Shown here in pieces: positions 1 to 10,657 of a stretch of 64,000 bases of DNA. Numbering within the stretch: the first letter of the stretch is position 1; each line of letters starts with the position of its first letter. The position numbers and the translations under genes were made by a program. The stretch is from Patescibacteria group bacterium. Its GTDB lineage: Bacteria > Patescibacteriota > Patescibacteriia > UBA9934. The stretch is from NCBI GenBank assembly GCA_038064675.1, contig JBBTSM010000010.1, positions 2,977-66,976 of the forward strand. Direction: 5' to 3'. The notes under the pieces were generated by a model. It was not told the origin of the DNA, did not search any database, and saw only the letters and a list, made by a program, of their open reading frames with translations.

Positions 1-424
1 TCTTGCCACCGCTGGACTCGATTTTGCTCCGTCCTTCCTCGATGTTGACGGACTACTAAAGAATTTTGGCTACAAACGCACGGCATCACAGGAACAATAT
101 AGAGCATTCATTCTTGACGGCATTCATCGTGATTCCCCATTTATTGGAGCGCGACCAGGAATGATTCTTGGCTCACCACAGTTTGAAAGCGAAATCTCTA
201 AAATCACCGGTGACCCAGATATTGCAGTAGAAGTAACAAAAGATGAAAAGCTTATTGGGCGGTTAACGCTGGCCGAGCTTTTTGAGGTGTACGAGGGCAA
301 AAATGAGCGGAACGAGATCGTGAAACTTGCTGTTAACGGATATGGTTATTCAAATGCATCGGTCGCAAAGCACCTTGGCTTGAGCAATACAACGATAAGT
401 CTCATTGCAAGAGGCAAAAAGTAA
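1..424 (+). mobile_element. C-terminal part of a REP-associated tyrosine transposase (RAYT/IS200-like) with C-terminal HTH; 5' end lies outside the window
   Basis: Frame is open from base 2: ...QEQYRAFILDG...ILGSPQF...GYSNASVAKHLGLSNTTISLI, the typical tail of this subfamily; followed by AAGACCTGACCCC (431-443). The catalytic HUH/Y1 region is not visible. Confidence 0.6.
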
Positions 425-450
425 AAGGTAAAGACCTGACCCCGTTCCGT

Positions 451-798
451 TCAGAAATTCCCTTTCTCTTTCTGCACTCTGGCAATGATCTTGGTAATGT
501 CCGCTTCCGGGATTTCTGATTGAATGCGTGCAAGAATCGTTGGGATCATTCCATCGATATCGAATGTTGCAGGCGCACTATCGCAGCCAAGGATAAGAAT
601 CCCAGCGGCGTAGCTCGAGACGCGAACGTCGTCGGCGAGCGGTGAACCCTCAAGCATTTCCGAGAGAATCTCCTTCGCGCGATCCACGATGATCGCCGCG
701 GTGACTTGTTTGGTGATGCCGTGGCGCTTCAACGTACCCTCGAGCATCTTGCTGATCTGTGTGAGCGAACTGCGCTTCCGCCTAGGCTGGTCTTGCAT
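451..798 (-). CDS. DUF721/DciA-family protein
   Basis: About 115 aa; L.QISKML...GITKQVTAAIIVD...VRVSSYAAGILILGC pattern; overlaps the helicase stop. Start uncertain. Confidence 0.6.
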   Translation of the reverse strand: MQDQPRRKRSSLTQISKMLEGTLKRHGITKQVTAAIIVDRAKEILSEMLEGSPLADDVRVSSYAAGILILGCDSAPATFDIDGMIPTILARIQSEIPEADITKIIARVQKEKGNF

Positions 799-3718
799 AC
801 GGGCAGATGTCTTTAAAGTCGCAGTATTGGCAGTGTGGGCCTGGCGTTGCTTGGAATGTGCTTGTGCGAATCTTCTCCATGCTATCGCGAATCTGGAGCT
901 TGAGCTTTTCCTTGTCTTTATCCGTTGGCTCGAAGCTGACGGCGGTGTTCGATTCCAAGTAGTAGTACGTGAGCTTTTTGACGACGAGGGGTGGCACGAA
1001 GCTTTCTTCTGCGGCGATGGCGTACAGCACAAGCTGACGGCGGTCGTCCCAATCGAGCTTCGCCTTTGGCGTGCCGGTCTTGTAGTCGATGATTTCGATT
1101 CCGCCCTCTACATCGTCAATTCGGTCGATACGACCTTTCACCAGAATGCCGTCGATTTTAAGCGTGAATCCTTTTTCGATGAATTTTGGTGATGGCGGAT
1201 TCTCCGTAACGACGCGATAGTATTCCTTCATGATCTCTGTGCCACGAGCGTGGTATTCGTCGCGTGTGTTGTCGTCCGGATACCACTCGTCGATCCATGA
1301 TCGATCATACATGTCGAGCAGATCCTTTATCGTCGGCAACGCGATTGATTCGGTAGCGCCACCAAAAAGCGTTGCTTGATGCGCGGCTTTCGCAGCAATG
1401 ATGCGCTCCATGAACGCCTGGAGCGCATTGTGCATGGACTTTCCAAAGCTCATCTGGTGCTTGCCATACGACGGCACACCGATGATATGCGCGTACTTGT
1501 ACTGCAACGGACAGGTACTGAACGCCGCGATCTGCGAGAAGCTGATTTTGTCGGGAATGTGAATGTTCGCGTCACCGGTTGGCTTCTTTCCTACCTCGAG
1601 CGCCAAACTATCGGCAATGTTCTCCGGTCGAGCCACGCTGATCGCGTTCGTGAAGCCGAGCTCATCCAAGAATCGCGAGATTTTTCGCTTTCGCGATCCG
1701 CCGTAATCTTCCGCGCTCATCAAGTACAAGCCCTCCTTTGCACGAGTCATCGCCACATAAAACAGTCGACGCTCTTCTGCGACGTGATCGTTCCCCTCAA
1801 CTTCTTCCTTCATCAATCCCAGCGGGAAATCGATCGCCTGGGATCGGCCAACTGATGGAAATCGCTGTTCTACCAGGTTGATGACGAATACGTAGCGGAA
1901 CTCGAGGCCTTTCGATCCATGCACAGTCATCACTGAAACAACGTCCGGCCCTTCCTCAGGGTCCTGCGCCACAGCGCCGTCCTCCCCTGCCGCGCGTTCA
2001 GCATCGAACTCTTCGATGAATCGTGGGAGTGTTGCGTCGTCGTTCATCGCGACGAATCGCTTTAGTCGGTTAAAGAATCGCTCGAGGAATCGATAGAGCT
2101 CTTGCTGCTCCATTTCTGATGCGTGCTGACAATCGCCGAGTAATCCCGTCTCCTTCATCATCGTCACGAACAATTCAGTAATCGGTAATCGCTTTGCCTT
2201 ATTTCGGAGCTCGGCGATTTTCTGTTGGAGGTCGATAATGGTGTTTCGACCATGCATCGAAATTCGTGCAGCATCGGCGTACGTCAAAAGATCGAACAAC
2301 GACATTCCTTTTCTGCGAGCGTAGAACATGAGCGCGGTGAGATCCTCCTGCGATAGCCCCAGCCGAGGATGCGAAAGAATGCGGTACAACGATGGCGAGT
2401 CGTGCGGCGCGTTGATGACGCGAAGGTAACACAGCGCATCAAGAATAATCGGCATGGTGTACAGGCCAGACAACGCCATGAATCGATATGGAATACCGGC
2501 GCGCTCGAGAGCCTCGAGGAACGGATCAACGTGGTCGTTTCCGCGCGCAAGGATCGCAAAATCCTTCCAACTTGCGCCAGATTCGTCGTGCAACTTCGTG
2601 ATCGTTTCAACGACTGTGGCGACCTCGTCTTCAAGCGTTGCAGCGTGAATATGATGCACGTTTCCGGCGTGTTCGATATTCGAGATCAGTTGTTTCGATA
2701 ATCCTTCCGAAATTTCGAGCCGATGTGGATTGTTCTTGGTGATCGACGAATACGCAACGTCGAGAATCCCTCGGCCGCTCCGATAGTTGTGCACGAGAAC
2801 GATCTTTTTCGTATCAGGAAAATCCGATCGGAACGTAAGAATGTTCGCGAGTGCTGCACCGCGGAATTTATAAATCGCTTGATCGTCGTCTCCCACGATT
2901 GTGAGGTTATTCCTTGGAGCCGCAAGAAGTTTTACGAGCTCGTACTGCACGCTGTTTGTATCTTGGAACTCGTCGACCACAATATACGTGAATCGCTTCC
3001 GGTACTCCGCGAGAATGTTTGGACGAGTCTTGAACAGCTCGACGGTGTATGCGAGCAGATCACCGAAGTCGAGTGCGTCTTCTGCGATAAGGATGTCTTG
3101 ATACGTTTTGTATGCTCGAGCAACTTCGCGGTGCTTTTCCCATTCGAGTCGTTCTTCTTCTGGCAGCGAATCAAACGCCTCTTCCGATCCCGAAGTAATC
3201 GTTGAGATCTGGTTCTCAACATTCGCAATGTATTGGTCCGGCGTAATCCCCTCGTCTTTTGCTCGTGAGAAATGCGAGAGGAGGAGTTTGAAGAATTTGG
3301 TTGGAGTACCCCGAGGCTTGTAGTAATCGAGCTTGAAATCAGCGAGATGACGGCGCATGAACAGCCAACCATCAACCTCAGACGCAACCGTGAAATCTTG
3401 CGGAATTCCAATGTCTACCCCGTGTTCTCGAAGAACCTTTTCGCAGAATGCGTGAAACGTAGAGATCGATAAATCAACGTATCCCATTGGCAACAACACA
3501 TCCACACGCTCTTCCATTTCATTCGCGGCCTTATCGGTAAACGTCAGGGCCAAGATATTCTCCGGCATCGCTTTCCCCTGCTCAATGAGCCATGCAATAC
3601 GTTTTGTAATCACCGTGGTCTTCCCCGTTCCCGCGCCAGCAATAATCATGAGCGGTCCATCGCCGTGCATTACCGCTTGTTGCTGTTCGGCGTTGAGACC
3701 TTCGAAAAGATTAGACAT
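782..3718 (-). CDS. UvrD/PcrA-family helicase fused to a C-terminal PD-(D/E)XK nuclease with four Cys (putative Fe-S ligands)
   Basis: AGAGTGKT, VVDEFQD, VGDDDQAIY, TVHGSKGLEF, EERRLFYVAMTRA; nuclease GRIDRID...IIDYKTG; STCP...HCQYCDFKDICP. Confidence 0.95.
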   Translation of the reverse strand: MSNLFEGLNAEQQQAVMHGDGPLMIIAGAGTGKTTVITKRIAWLIEQGKAMPENILALTFTDKAANEMEERVDVLLPMGYVDLSISTFHAFCEKVLREHGVDIGIPQDFTVASEVDGWLFMRRHLADFKLDYYKPRGTPTKFFKLLLSHFSRAKDEGITPDQYIANVENQISTITSGSEEAFDSLPEEERLEWEKHREVARAYKTYQDILIAEDALDFGDLLAYTVELFKTRPNILAEYRKRFTYIVVDEFQDTNSVQYELVKLLAAPRNNLTIVGDDDQAIYKFRGAALANILTFRSDFPDTKKIVLVHNYRSGRGILDVAYSSITKNNPHRLEISEGLSKQLISNIEHAGNVHHIHAATLEDEVATVVETITKLHDESGASWKDFAILARGNDHVDPFLEALERAGIPYRFMALSGLYTMPIILDALCYLRVINAPHDSPSLYRILSHPRLGLSQEDLTALMFYARRKGMSLFDLLTYADAARISMHGRNTIIDLQQKIAELRNKAKRLPITELFVTMMKETGLLGDCQHASEMEQQELYRFLERFFNRLKRFVAMNDDATLPRFIEEFDAERAAGEDGAVAQDPEEGPDVVSVMTVHGSKGLEFRYVFVINLVEQRFPSVGRSQAIDFPLGLMKEEVEGNDHVAEERRLFYVAMTRAKEGLYLMSAEDYGGSRKRKISRFLDELGFTNAISVARPENIADSLALEVGKKPTGDANIHIPDKISFSQIAAFSTCPLQYKYAHIIGVPSYGKHQMSFGKSMHNALQAFMERIIAAKAAHQATLFGGATESIALPTIKDLLDMYDRSWIDEWYPDDNTRDEYHARGTEIMKEYYRVVTENPPSPKFIEKGFTLKIDGILVKGRIDRIDDVEGGIEIIDYKTGTPKAKLDWDDRRQLVLYAIAAEESFVPPLVVKKLTYYYLESNTAVSFEPTDKDKEKLKLQIRDSMEKIRTSTFQATPGPHCQYCDFKDICPYARPA

Positions 3719-3761
3719 AGAGATGAAAAGTTGCTAATCTTAGCCAGCACATGGGTGTATT

Positions 3762-4163
3762 ATGCGTTTTCGTGCGACGGCCGTTCGTGAACTTTCGGAG
3801 ATGTTTCGCTTCAATTCTCCCGCGTTTGGAAATCTGGGCCCGCAGGATCGGGTTCTGTTCATGGATCTTTACACTGAGGGATCCGATTTCGCTTGTGCAG
3901 GAATGGTTCTTTTTACGCGTGGAGATCGGCGCGGCGCACTTCTTCTGGCCGACCGCTGGAGCGATGGAAGGATCCTGATCACTACGTGGATCGATGCTTC
4001 GTTTTTTTACACACTTACCGATCCGCGAGTGCGTTCTCTCGGAGCTGACGCTGTTGCGCAATACTGCACCATCGTCAATCCGCACAAGCTCAACGCGGAA
4101 GAAATCTTCTCGCATGTCATGCGAACCATGCTCGAACGTCCTGCCAAGAACATGGGAAGTTGA
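3762..4163 (+). CDS. hypothetical protein
   Basis: 133-aa ORF filling the gap, protein-like composition, followed by a GC hairpin. Confidence 0.6.
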   Translation: MRFRATAVRELSEMFRFNSPAFGNLGPQDRVLFMDLYTEGSDFACAGMVLFTRGDRRGALLLADRWSDGRILITTWIDASFFYTLTDPRVRSLGADAVAQYCTIVNPHKLNAEEIFSHVMRTMLERPAKNMGS

Positions 4164-4193
4164 ATCATCAGGCTTCCGTCCATCGTCGTGCTC

Positions 4194-4217
4194 GCGCCGC
4201 CCTACGCAGGGGCGGCG
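4194..4217. terminator. hairpin between convergent genes
   Basis: CGCCGCCC-tacgcag-GGGCGGCG. Confidence 0.55.
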
Positions 4218-4223
4218 TTCTGT

Positions 4224-5441
4224 TTAAAGCGACGCGACGCTCTGCGCAACAGAAACAGCGAACTGAATTCCTGGTTGAGTGAGAAGGTATCCACCGACGC
4301 CGAACATGATGAGGACGTGAACGGCAAGGACGGCGGCAAAGATCTTTTGATGCTTTGACATCGGGCCCGTCGCTTCTTCTGCGTGGTCTTGTGCGGTAAG
4401 TGTTATCACTGCACGAACGTAATATGCGCTCAGAATTGCGAGAATCGCAAAGACGCACAGTGCGAGAACGAGATAGGCTTGCAACGCGTAGCCAACGCCG
4501 ATCAGTTCGCTGACGAAGAGCATCGAGAATGGTGCGCCGAGGAGAGAGGCAAAGAGCGCGCCGCAGAGATATTTGATTACTGGTCGGGTGCGAACAGATG
4601 CAGAATCTTGTGCCGCATACCACAGTCCCGAATGCGCTACTGCCTGACCACCAAGGTGAATGAGCGCTGGGATTGTTCCTGCTGGACCTGCGCCAACCAT
4701 GAAGGCAACTAGTCCAATGTGTTCGATACTTGAAATGGAAAGGAGCTGACGGTTCTTTTTAAACACGAGTTTAATGACGGAGATAAGCAAGAGGAGAACG
4801 CCAAAGCCAAGGAAGATGTTGTCTGTCCATGTGCCGCCGTCTGCCATCGCAACGTCTGCAATCTGTTTTAAGCGAAGAAGCGCAATGAAAAATACTACTG
4901 GCGCCGCTGTGCCAACAAAGCTGGTAAATCGCGTCTTCATGAAGAACAACCCGAACGCGCCAAGAATACCCACGGCAACCGCGGCGAATGCAAACTGAAC
5001 CAGCTGAGCATTGAGTGTGCTGGTTGCAAGAGTTTCAGCAACGCCACCAAAGGAAAGCGCGCTCCATGAGGACACACCAGCGTCCATCTGCGCCTTGAGG
5101 AACAGCGCCGCTCCCACAACGAAAAGCCCAACGGAACCGATACACAGCGCGAGAATGGTCTTTCGTGCTTTTTCGTTTGCTGCACGTTCCGCATGAAGCG
5201 CAAGACACGTCGCACAGATGACGGCTAATGCAAATGCGAGTGCAAGCACGGCGAGATTGTCGGTGAATAGTGTGGCGATGACGGCGATGAATCCTGCAAT
5301 AGTCACTGAGAGTTCGGATCGATGTGCTCGTGTTCCTCCGATGGTGAGAATGAATGTGCCAACTCCGAGTACTCCTACCAACACCAATTGGCACCACACA
5401 AGAAGATCTACGTGCCAAAGAGAAAGAAAGGCATTCAACAT
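4224..5441 (-). CDS. HyfF-like proton-conducting membrane transporter subunit (degenerate)
   Basis: Polytopic; SSIEHIG and GAPFSMLFVSE match hydrogenase-4 F / NuoL-M-N family motifs. Confidence 0.75.
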   Translation of the reverse strand: MLNAFLSLWHVDLLVWCQLVLVGVLGVGTFILTIGGTRAHRSELSVTIAGFIAVIATLFTDNLAVLALAFALAVICATCLALHAERAANEKARKTILALCIGSVGLFVVGAALFLKAQMDAGVSSWSALSFGGVAETLATSTLNAQLVQFAFAAVAVGILGAFGLFFMKTRFTSFVGTAAPVVFFIALLRLKQIADVAMADGGTWTDNIFLGFGVLLLLISVIKLVFKKNRQLLSISSIEHIGLVAFMVGAGPAGTIPALIHLGGQAVAHSGLWYAAQDSASVRTRPVIKYLCGALFASLLGAPFSMLFVSELIGVGYALQAYLVLALCVFAILAILSAYYVRAVITLTAQDHAEEATGPMSKHQKIFAAVLAVHVLIMFGVGGYLLTQPGIQFAVSVAQSVASL

Positions 5442-5450
5442 ATGAGGCGA

Positions 5451-7187
5451 TTAGCGGCGAAGTTTTTCAAGCGCACCGTTCCAAACCTTTCTGAGCCTGT
5501 TGCCGATCGTGAAGCGATTCATGATGTTTGTTCGGCACGTTTCGATTCCAGTGAACGTTGGAATGCGATCAATCCACGATGCGCGAAAATACCACTTCAT
5601 CAGCGCAATTGCGCCAACAACGATGCCGATAATTCCCATACGCAACGTTCCTGCAGCAGTGACGATACCTCCGTTGAATGTTCCTGCGGCGTCGGTGAGC
5701 GGATCGGCGCCAATGGCGACGAAAAGCTGCGGTAAAGCGAATCCACTCACGAGTGCAAGGAATGCAAGGAGAACGATTGGCGTGAGCTGAGAATCAGTAG
5801 CCTCGGTGACGACGGCGTCAGATTCTGATCGTGATGTGCCGAGGAACACGCCGATGATGACGCGACCAATACTCACGATCGATACCAGTAGGCAAAGGAT
5901 GAAGATGACGAGGATTGCGATGCAGACAATCGCCAATGGAAGCTCCACTGCACGGAACGTCGTTCCGAGCGTTGTCGCAAACATCCATGCACTCGTAAAT
6001 GTTGCGAATGGTGGAAAGCCGATCGCGCAGAACATCAAGATGAATGCTGCGAGCGTGAGCTTTGGCATTTTTGTGGCAAGACCGCCGCTCCGATCAATAT
6101 TCGATCCCACAACGTCGCCAACAAGGAATAGACCGGATCCTGCAATTGCGCTTACGACGATCTGGACGAATGCGGCGAACAGCATGACGTTCATTGCATC
6201 GTAGATTGCCACAGCCTGGAATGCCATGGCTCCAGCAACCATTGTTGCTGCAACACCCAAGCCTTGCAAAGTGATGTTACTGAATATGCGTTGAATATTT
6301 TTCTCGTTGAGCGCACATACTGCGCCACAAATGATGGTGAGCACACCAAGGAGCGCAACAGGAAGCGCGAACCAAATTGACAGTGGAGGAAGGATAAAGA
6401 GAATGCATCGAATAAATCCGTAGAACGCCACGCCAGAAAGTGTTCCGCGAAGCAGCACGGCGTTGTGCGCAGGAACGATGGTGAGAACGTTACGGAACCA
6501 ACGGTGCATTGGGAAAAGACCGATGGTTGTAGCGAATCCAAACAGCAACAATCCGTATCCCACGATGAGTTGCGTTGGCTCAATCTGGCCCGCAAGGTAT
6601 GCCAGTGTGCCGAAGTCGCTAAAGAGCGCACCGGACGACAGAATAAAGAGTCCAGCAGTAATTGATGCAACGCCAAGTTGAGACACGGTGAGAAATCGTA
6701 TCGCAACGGATTTGTGCTGTTCACTCATCGGTAACAACGTAAGAAAGAACACAGAAAGCGTCATTACTGCCCATGCCGCGATGAATCCAATACTGTTTCC
6801 AGAAATCAAAACCCATTGTGTGCCGATAACGATCAGTGCAGTAAGTATTCCGACAAGACGAAGATGCGTCGGACTCCCCTGATGCCTTACTCCGTACACT
6901 AAGGCGTACAGCCCCGCCGCCGCAATCACGATCGATATTGCAAGAAAAAAGATCGCACTGAAGCGATCCAACGCGATCGTCATCCCATAAAACATTGGCA
7001 CAGCCATGGTGAACGGTGCCTCGGCCACAGCACCGTATGCCCCAGCGATCACTCCACCGATTCCGGAAAGCGCGATCAAGAGAGAATTCCATCGGAACGA
7101 CATCGCTGGCTTGAGGAACGCTGACACTACAAGCGCAAGCACCGGGGCGACCATGGCGACGTAAAGTGTGTTCTCGAAAGGTGTCAT
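5451..7187 (-). CDS. HyfB-like proton-conducting membrane transporter subunit (degenerate)
   Basis: DRFSAIFF, GLFPMHRW, FYGFIR, GGLATKMP, GFPPF motifs of the Proton_antipo_M family. Confidence 0.8.
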   Translation of the reverse strand: MTPFENTLYVAMVAPVLALVVSAFLKPAMSFRWNSLLIALSGIGGVIAGAYGAVAEAPFTMAVPMFYGMTIALDRFSAIFFLAISIVIAAAGLYALVYGVRHQGSPTHLRLVGILTALIVIGTQWVLISGNSIGFIAAWAVMTLSVFFLTLLPMSEQHKSVAIRFLTVSQLGVASITAGLFILSSGALFSDFGTLAYLAGQIEPTQLIVGYGLLLFGFATTIGLFPMHRWFRNVLTIVPAHNAVLLRGTLSGVAFYGFIRCILFILPPLSIWFALPVALLGVLTIICGAVCALNEKNIQRIFSNITLQGLGVAATMVAGAMAFQAVAIYDAMNVMLFAAFVQIVVSAIAGSGLFLVGDVVGSNIDRSGGLATKMPKLTLAAFILMFCAIGFPPFATFTSAWMFATTLGTTFRAVELPLAIVCIAILVIFILCLLVSIVSIGRVIIGVFLGTSRSESDAVVTEATDSQLTPIVLLAFLALVSGFALPQLFVAIGADPLTDAAGTFNGGIVTAAGTLRMGIIGIVVGAIALMKWYFRASWIDRIPTFTGIETCRTNIMNRFTIGNRLRKVWNGALEKLRR

Positions 7188-7333
7188 AGTCTGGAAATAT
7201 TACGGAATAAGTCCCTATACATCGGACGAAGTGTATGGTTTACAGAGCCTCCAATCAAGCAGGTTGTCCACCCCAAAACAAAAGGACCGCAGCTACCGGC
7301 GGCCCCTTTGTTGGGCGGCGCAGTGAGCTGCGG

Positions 7334-7693
7334 TCAGAGGTAGATCACCTGCATCACCCGGAGGCTCGGGTTGGAGATGTGGTCGCGCCTGCCCCCCGCG
7401 TTCGCCAAAGCCGAACTTGCCGCAATCCAACAGGAGCTCAGGGCCTCCTTGATGCTCGACGGAAGTCCGGGATCCTTCTGGCGGAGTTGTGACGCTCCGA
7501 GTTTCGCGATGAGCACCGCGACGAACCTGTATGACGCGGGGAAATCGGGATCGCAGTCGATGGGATCGGTGATCCCCTGGGCGACGAAGGTTTCTCCGTC
7601 GTAGACGTGGAAGAGAAGCTGGAATCGCACATGTACTCCAAGTGCCACATCATTTATAGCAGATTTTCGGCCTTTTGTCGAGTATTTACGCAA
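7334..7693 (-). CDS. hypothetical protein (true start probably a GTG near 7631)
   Basis: GC-rich ORF between atpC and the HyfB-like gene; hairpin at about 7281-7309 downstream. Confidence 0.5.
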   Translation of the reverse strand: MRKYSTKGRKSAINDVALGVHVRFQLLFHVYDGETFVAQGITDPIDCDPDFPASYRFVAVLIAKLGASQLRQKDPGLPSSIKEALSSCWIAASSALANAGGRRDHISNPSLRVMQVIYL

Positions 7694-7740
7694 AAAGACG
7701 AGTATTTACTCGTCTTTTTCGCCCAGGTTTTTCTTCCTTT

Positions 7741-8181
7741 TTACGCCTCGCTTCGGTGTTGGCGCGACTTCCCTTTCTTCATGGCTACACGATAGCGAGC
7801 CAGTTCGCGTTCCAGATGTGCTGCGGCGTCGACGAACCCGACGTCGTTGGCGTTACGCATGTTCTTGAGGTTGTCCTCCGCGAGCTTCTTTGCGGCCTCG
7901 ATCGCGGCGACTTCAAGCTCTTCGCTGCGCTCTGCCGTGTCGGCAAGTACAACGACCGATGATCCATCACGAACCTCGAAGAGCCCGGTCGAAGTCGCGA
8001 GAAGTGTTTCCTGTCCGCCGTTCATGATTCGCATCTCACCAGCCTTCATCAGCGCCAAGAGTGGAATGTGATGTGGGAGGACGGTAATTTCCCCCATGCT
8101 CGTCATAACCGAAATCGAATCCGCCTCGCCTTCTTGGACGATGCGTTTTGGGGTAACGATTTGGTAGTGGAGTTTTGGCAT
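7741..8181 (-). CDS. atpC: ATP synthase F1 epsilon subunit
   Basis: IVTPKR, GEITVLPHHIPL, VLADTAE. Confidence 0.95.
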   Translation of the reverse strand: MPKLHYQIVTPKRIVQEGEADSISVMTSMGEITVLPHHIPLLALMKAGEMRIMNGGQETLLATSTGLFEVRDGSSVVVLADTAERSEELEVAAIEAAKKLAEDNLKNMRNANDVGFVDAAAHLERELARYRVAMKKGKSRQHRSEA

Positions 8182-8209
8182 AGTGGTAGCACAAGCTAGT
8201 GATTTTTCC

Positions 8210-8380
8210 GTCATCCCCGCGCAGGCGGGGATCCATACATCGTCACTTCGCTGGTGGCTCGGATACGCGATTCTGCATTCCGCGCGAACGCCCTACGCTG
8301 CGACGTCTCGCTATCGCTCGACTGCAGCTGTGGCTGGCGTGCTCATTGGAATCACGTATCCTCACCACTGACGCTCGCGA

Positions 8381-8381
<1 letters not shown>
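8210..8381 (+). repeat. composite structured repeat, copy 1: REP palindrome plus long imperfect hairpin
   Basis: GTCATCCCCGCGCAGGCGGGGATCCA (8210-8235), then GCTGGTGGC...CCTCACCACTGACGCT; aligns end to end with the reverse complement of 15808-15977. Confidence 0.9.
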
Positions 8382-9754
<1,373 letters not shown>

Positions 9755-10624
9755 TTAAGCGAGTGCCGCGGCACCGCTGCTAATCTCTGCGATTTCCTGC
9801 GTAATCGCAGCCTGTCGAACTTGGTTATAGGTAAAGGTGAGTGATTCCATCATGTCTCTTGCCGAATCCGATGCGTTCTTCATGGCGAGCATTCGTGCCG
9901 CGTGTTCGGATGCACTCGACTCGAGCAGCGCCTGATAGAACGTAGTCATGACAAGGTTTGGAATGACGCGTGACAGGAGCTCCGAGGCATTTGGCTCAAT
10001 GGTGTAGTCCGAGGCCGCTTTTGCTGTTTCCTCCGTGCGTTTCTTCTCCCCTTCCCCATACGGCAACACCGTTTGCATGGTTGGGGTTTGTGTGACGCCG
10101 GAAATGTAATCCGTATAGAGCAGACGCACCCGTCGATATTTTCCTTGGAGGAATCCATCAAGCGCGAGTCGAGCCACGGGAACGATATCGCTGTACTTTG
10201 GAGCGTTGCCCAGACCAGCAAAGGATGCGACAACGCTGTACTTGAGGCGTTGCATGGCGTCCGATCCTCGCTTCCCAACCGCGATAACATCCACATCGCC
10301 GAGCGATTTCATCTGCTCGCGTGCGAACTTCACCATGTTCACGTTGTATCCGCCGGCGAGTCCACGATCAGACGTGAACAGAACGACGAGTTCGCGATCC
10401 CCAGAGCCTGGCGTGAGCATTGGGTGTTTTAGCGAATCTCCAGCTCGCTCCATGACCGCTTCAATGGTGGACTTTGCAAGCACAACATATGGCCGACCGC
10501 GGAAGGTTGCCGACACTGCTTTGCGCATTTTGCTTGCCGCCACCATTTCCATGGCTTTGGTAATTTTGCGCGTATTTTTGACCGACGAGATTCGGGATTT
10601 GATGAGCTTGCGGGACATGGCCAT
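9755..10624 (-). CDS. atpG: ATP synthase F1 gamma subunit
   Basis: KITKAMEMVAASK, SDRGLAG, RQAAITQEIAEI. Confidence 0.98.
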   Translation of the reverse strand: MAMSRKLIKSRISSVKNTRKITKAMEMVAASKMRKAVSATFRGRPYVVLAKSTIEAVMERAGDSLKHPMLTPGSGDRELVVLFTSDRGLAGGYNVNMVKFAREQMKSLGDVDVIAVGKRGSDAMQRLKYSVVASFAGLGNAPKYSDIVPVARLALDGFLQGKYRRVRLLYTDYISGVTQTPTMQTVLPYGEGEKKRTEETAKAASDYTIEPNASELLSRVIPNLVMTTFYQALLESSASEHAARMLAMKNASDSARDMMESLTFTYNQVRQAAITQEIAEISSGAAALA

Positions 10625-10657
10625 AGGGACGGGAGGGCAATGGACAAGGGGCAAGGG

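Noticed and set aside
782-3718. Helicase-nuclease fusion as a novel defence system
   Set aside because: UvrD plus PD-(D/E)XK fusions are a known AddA/AdnB-like repair architecture, and no defence-type neighbours are present.
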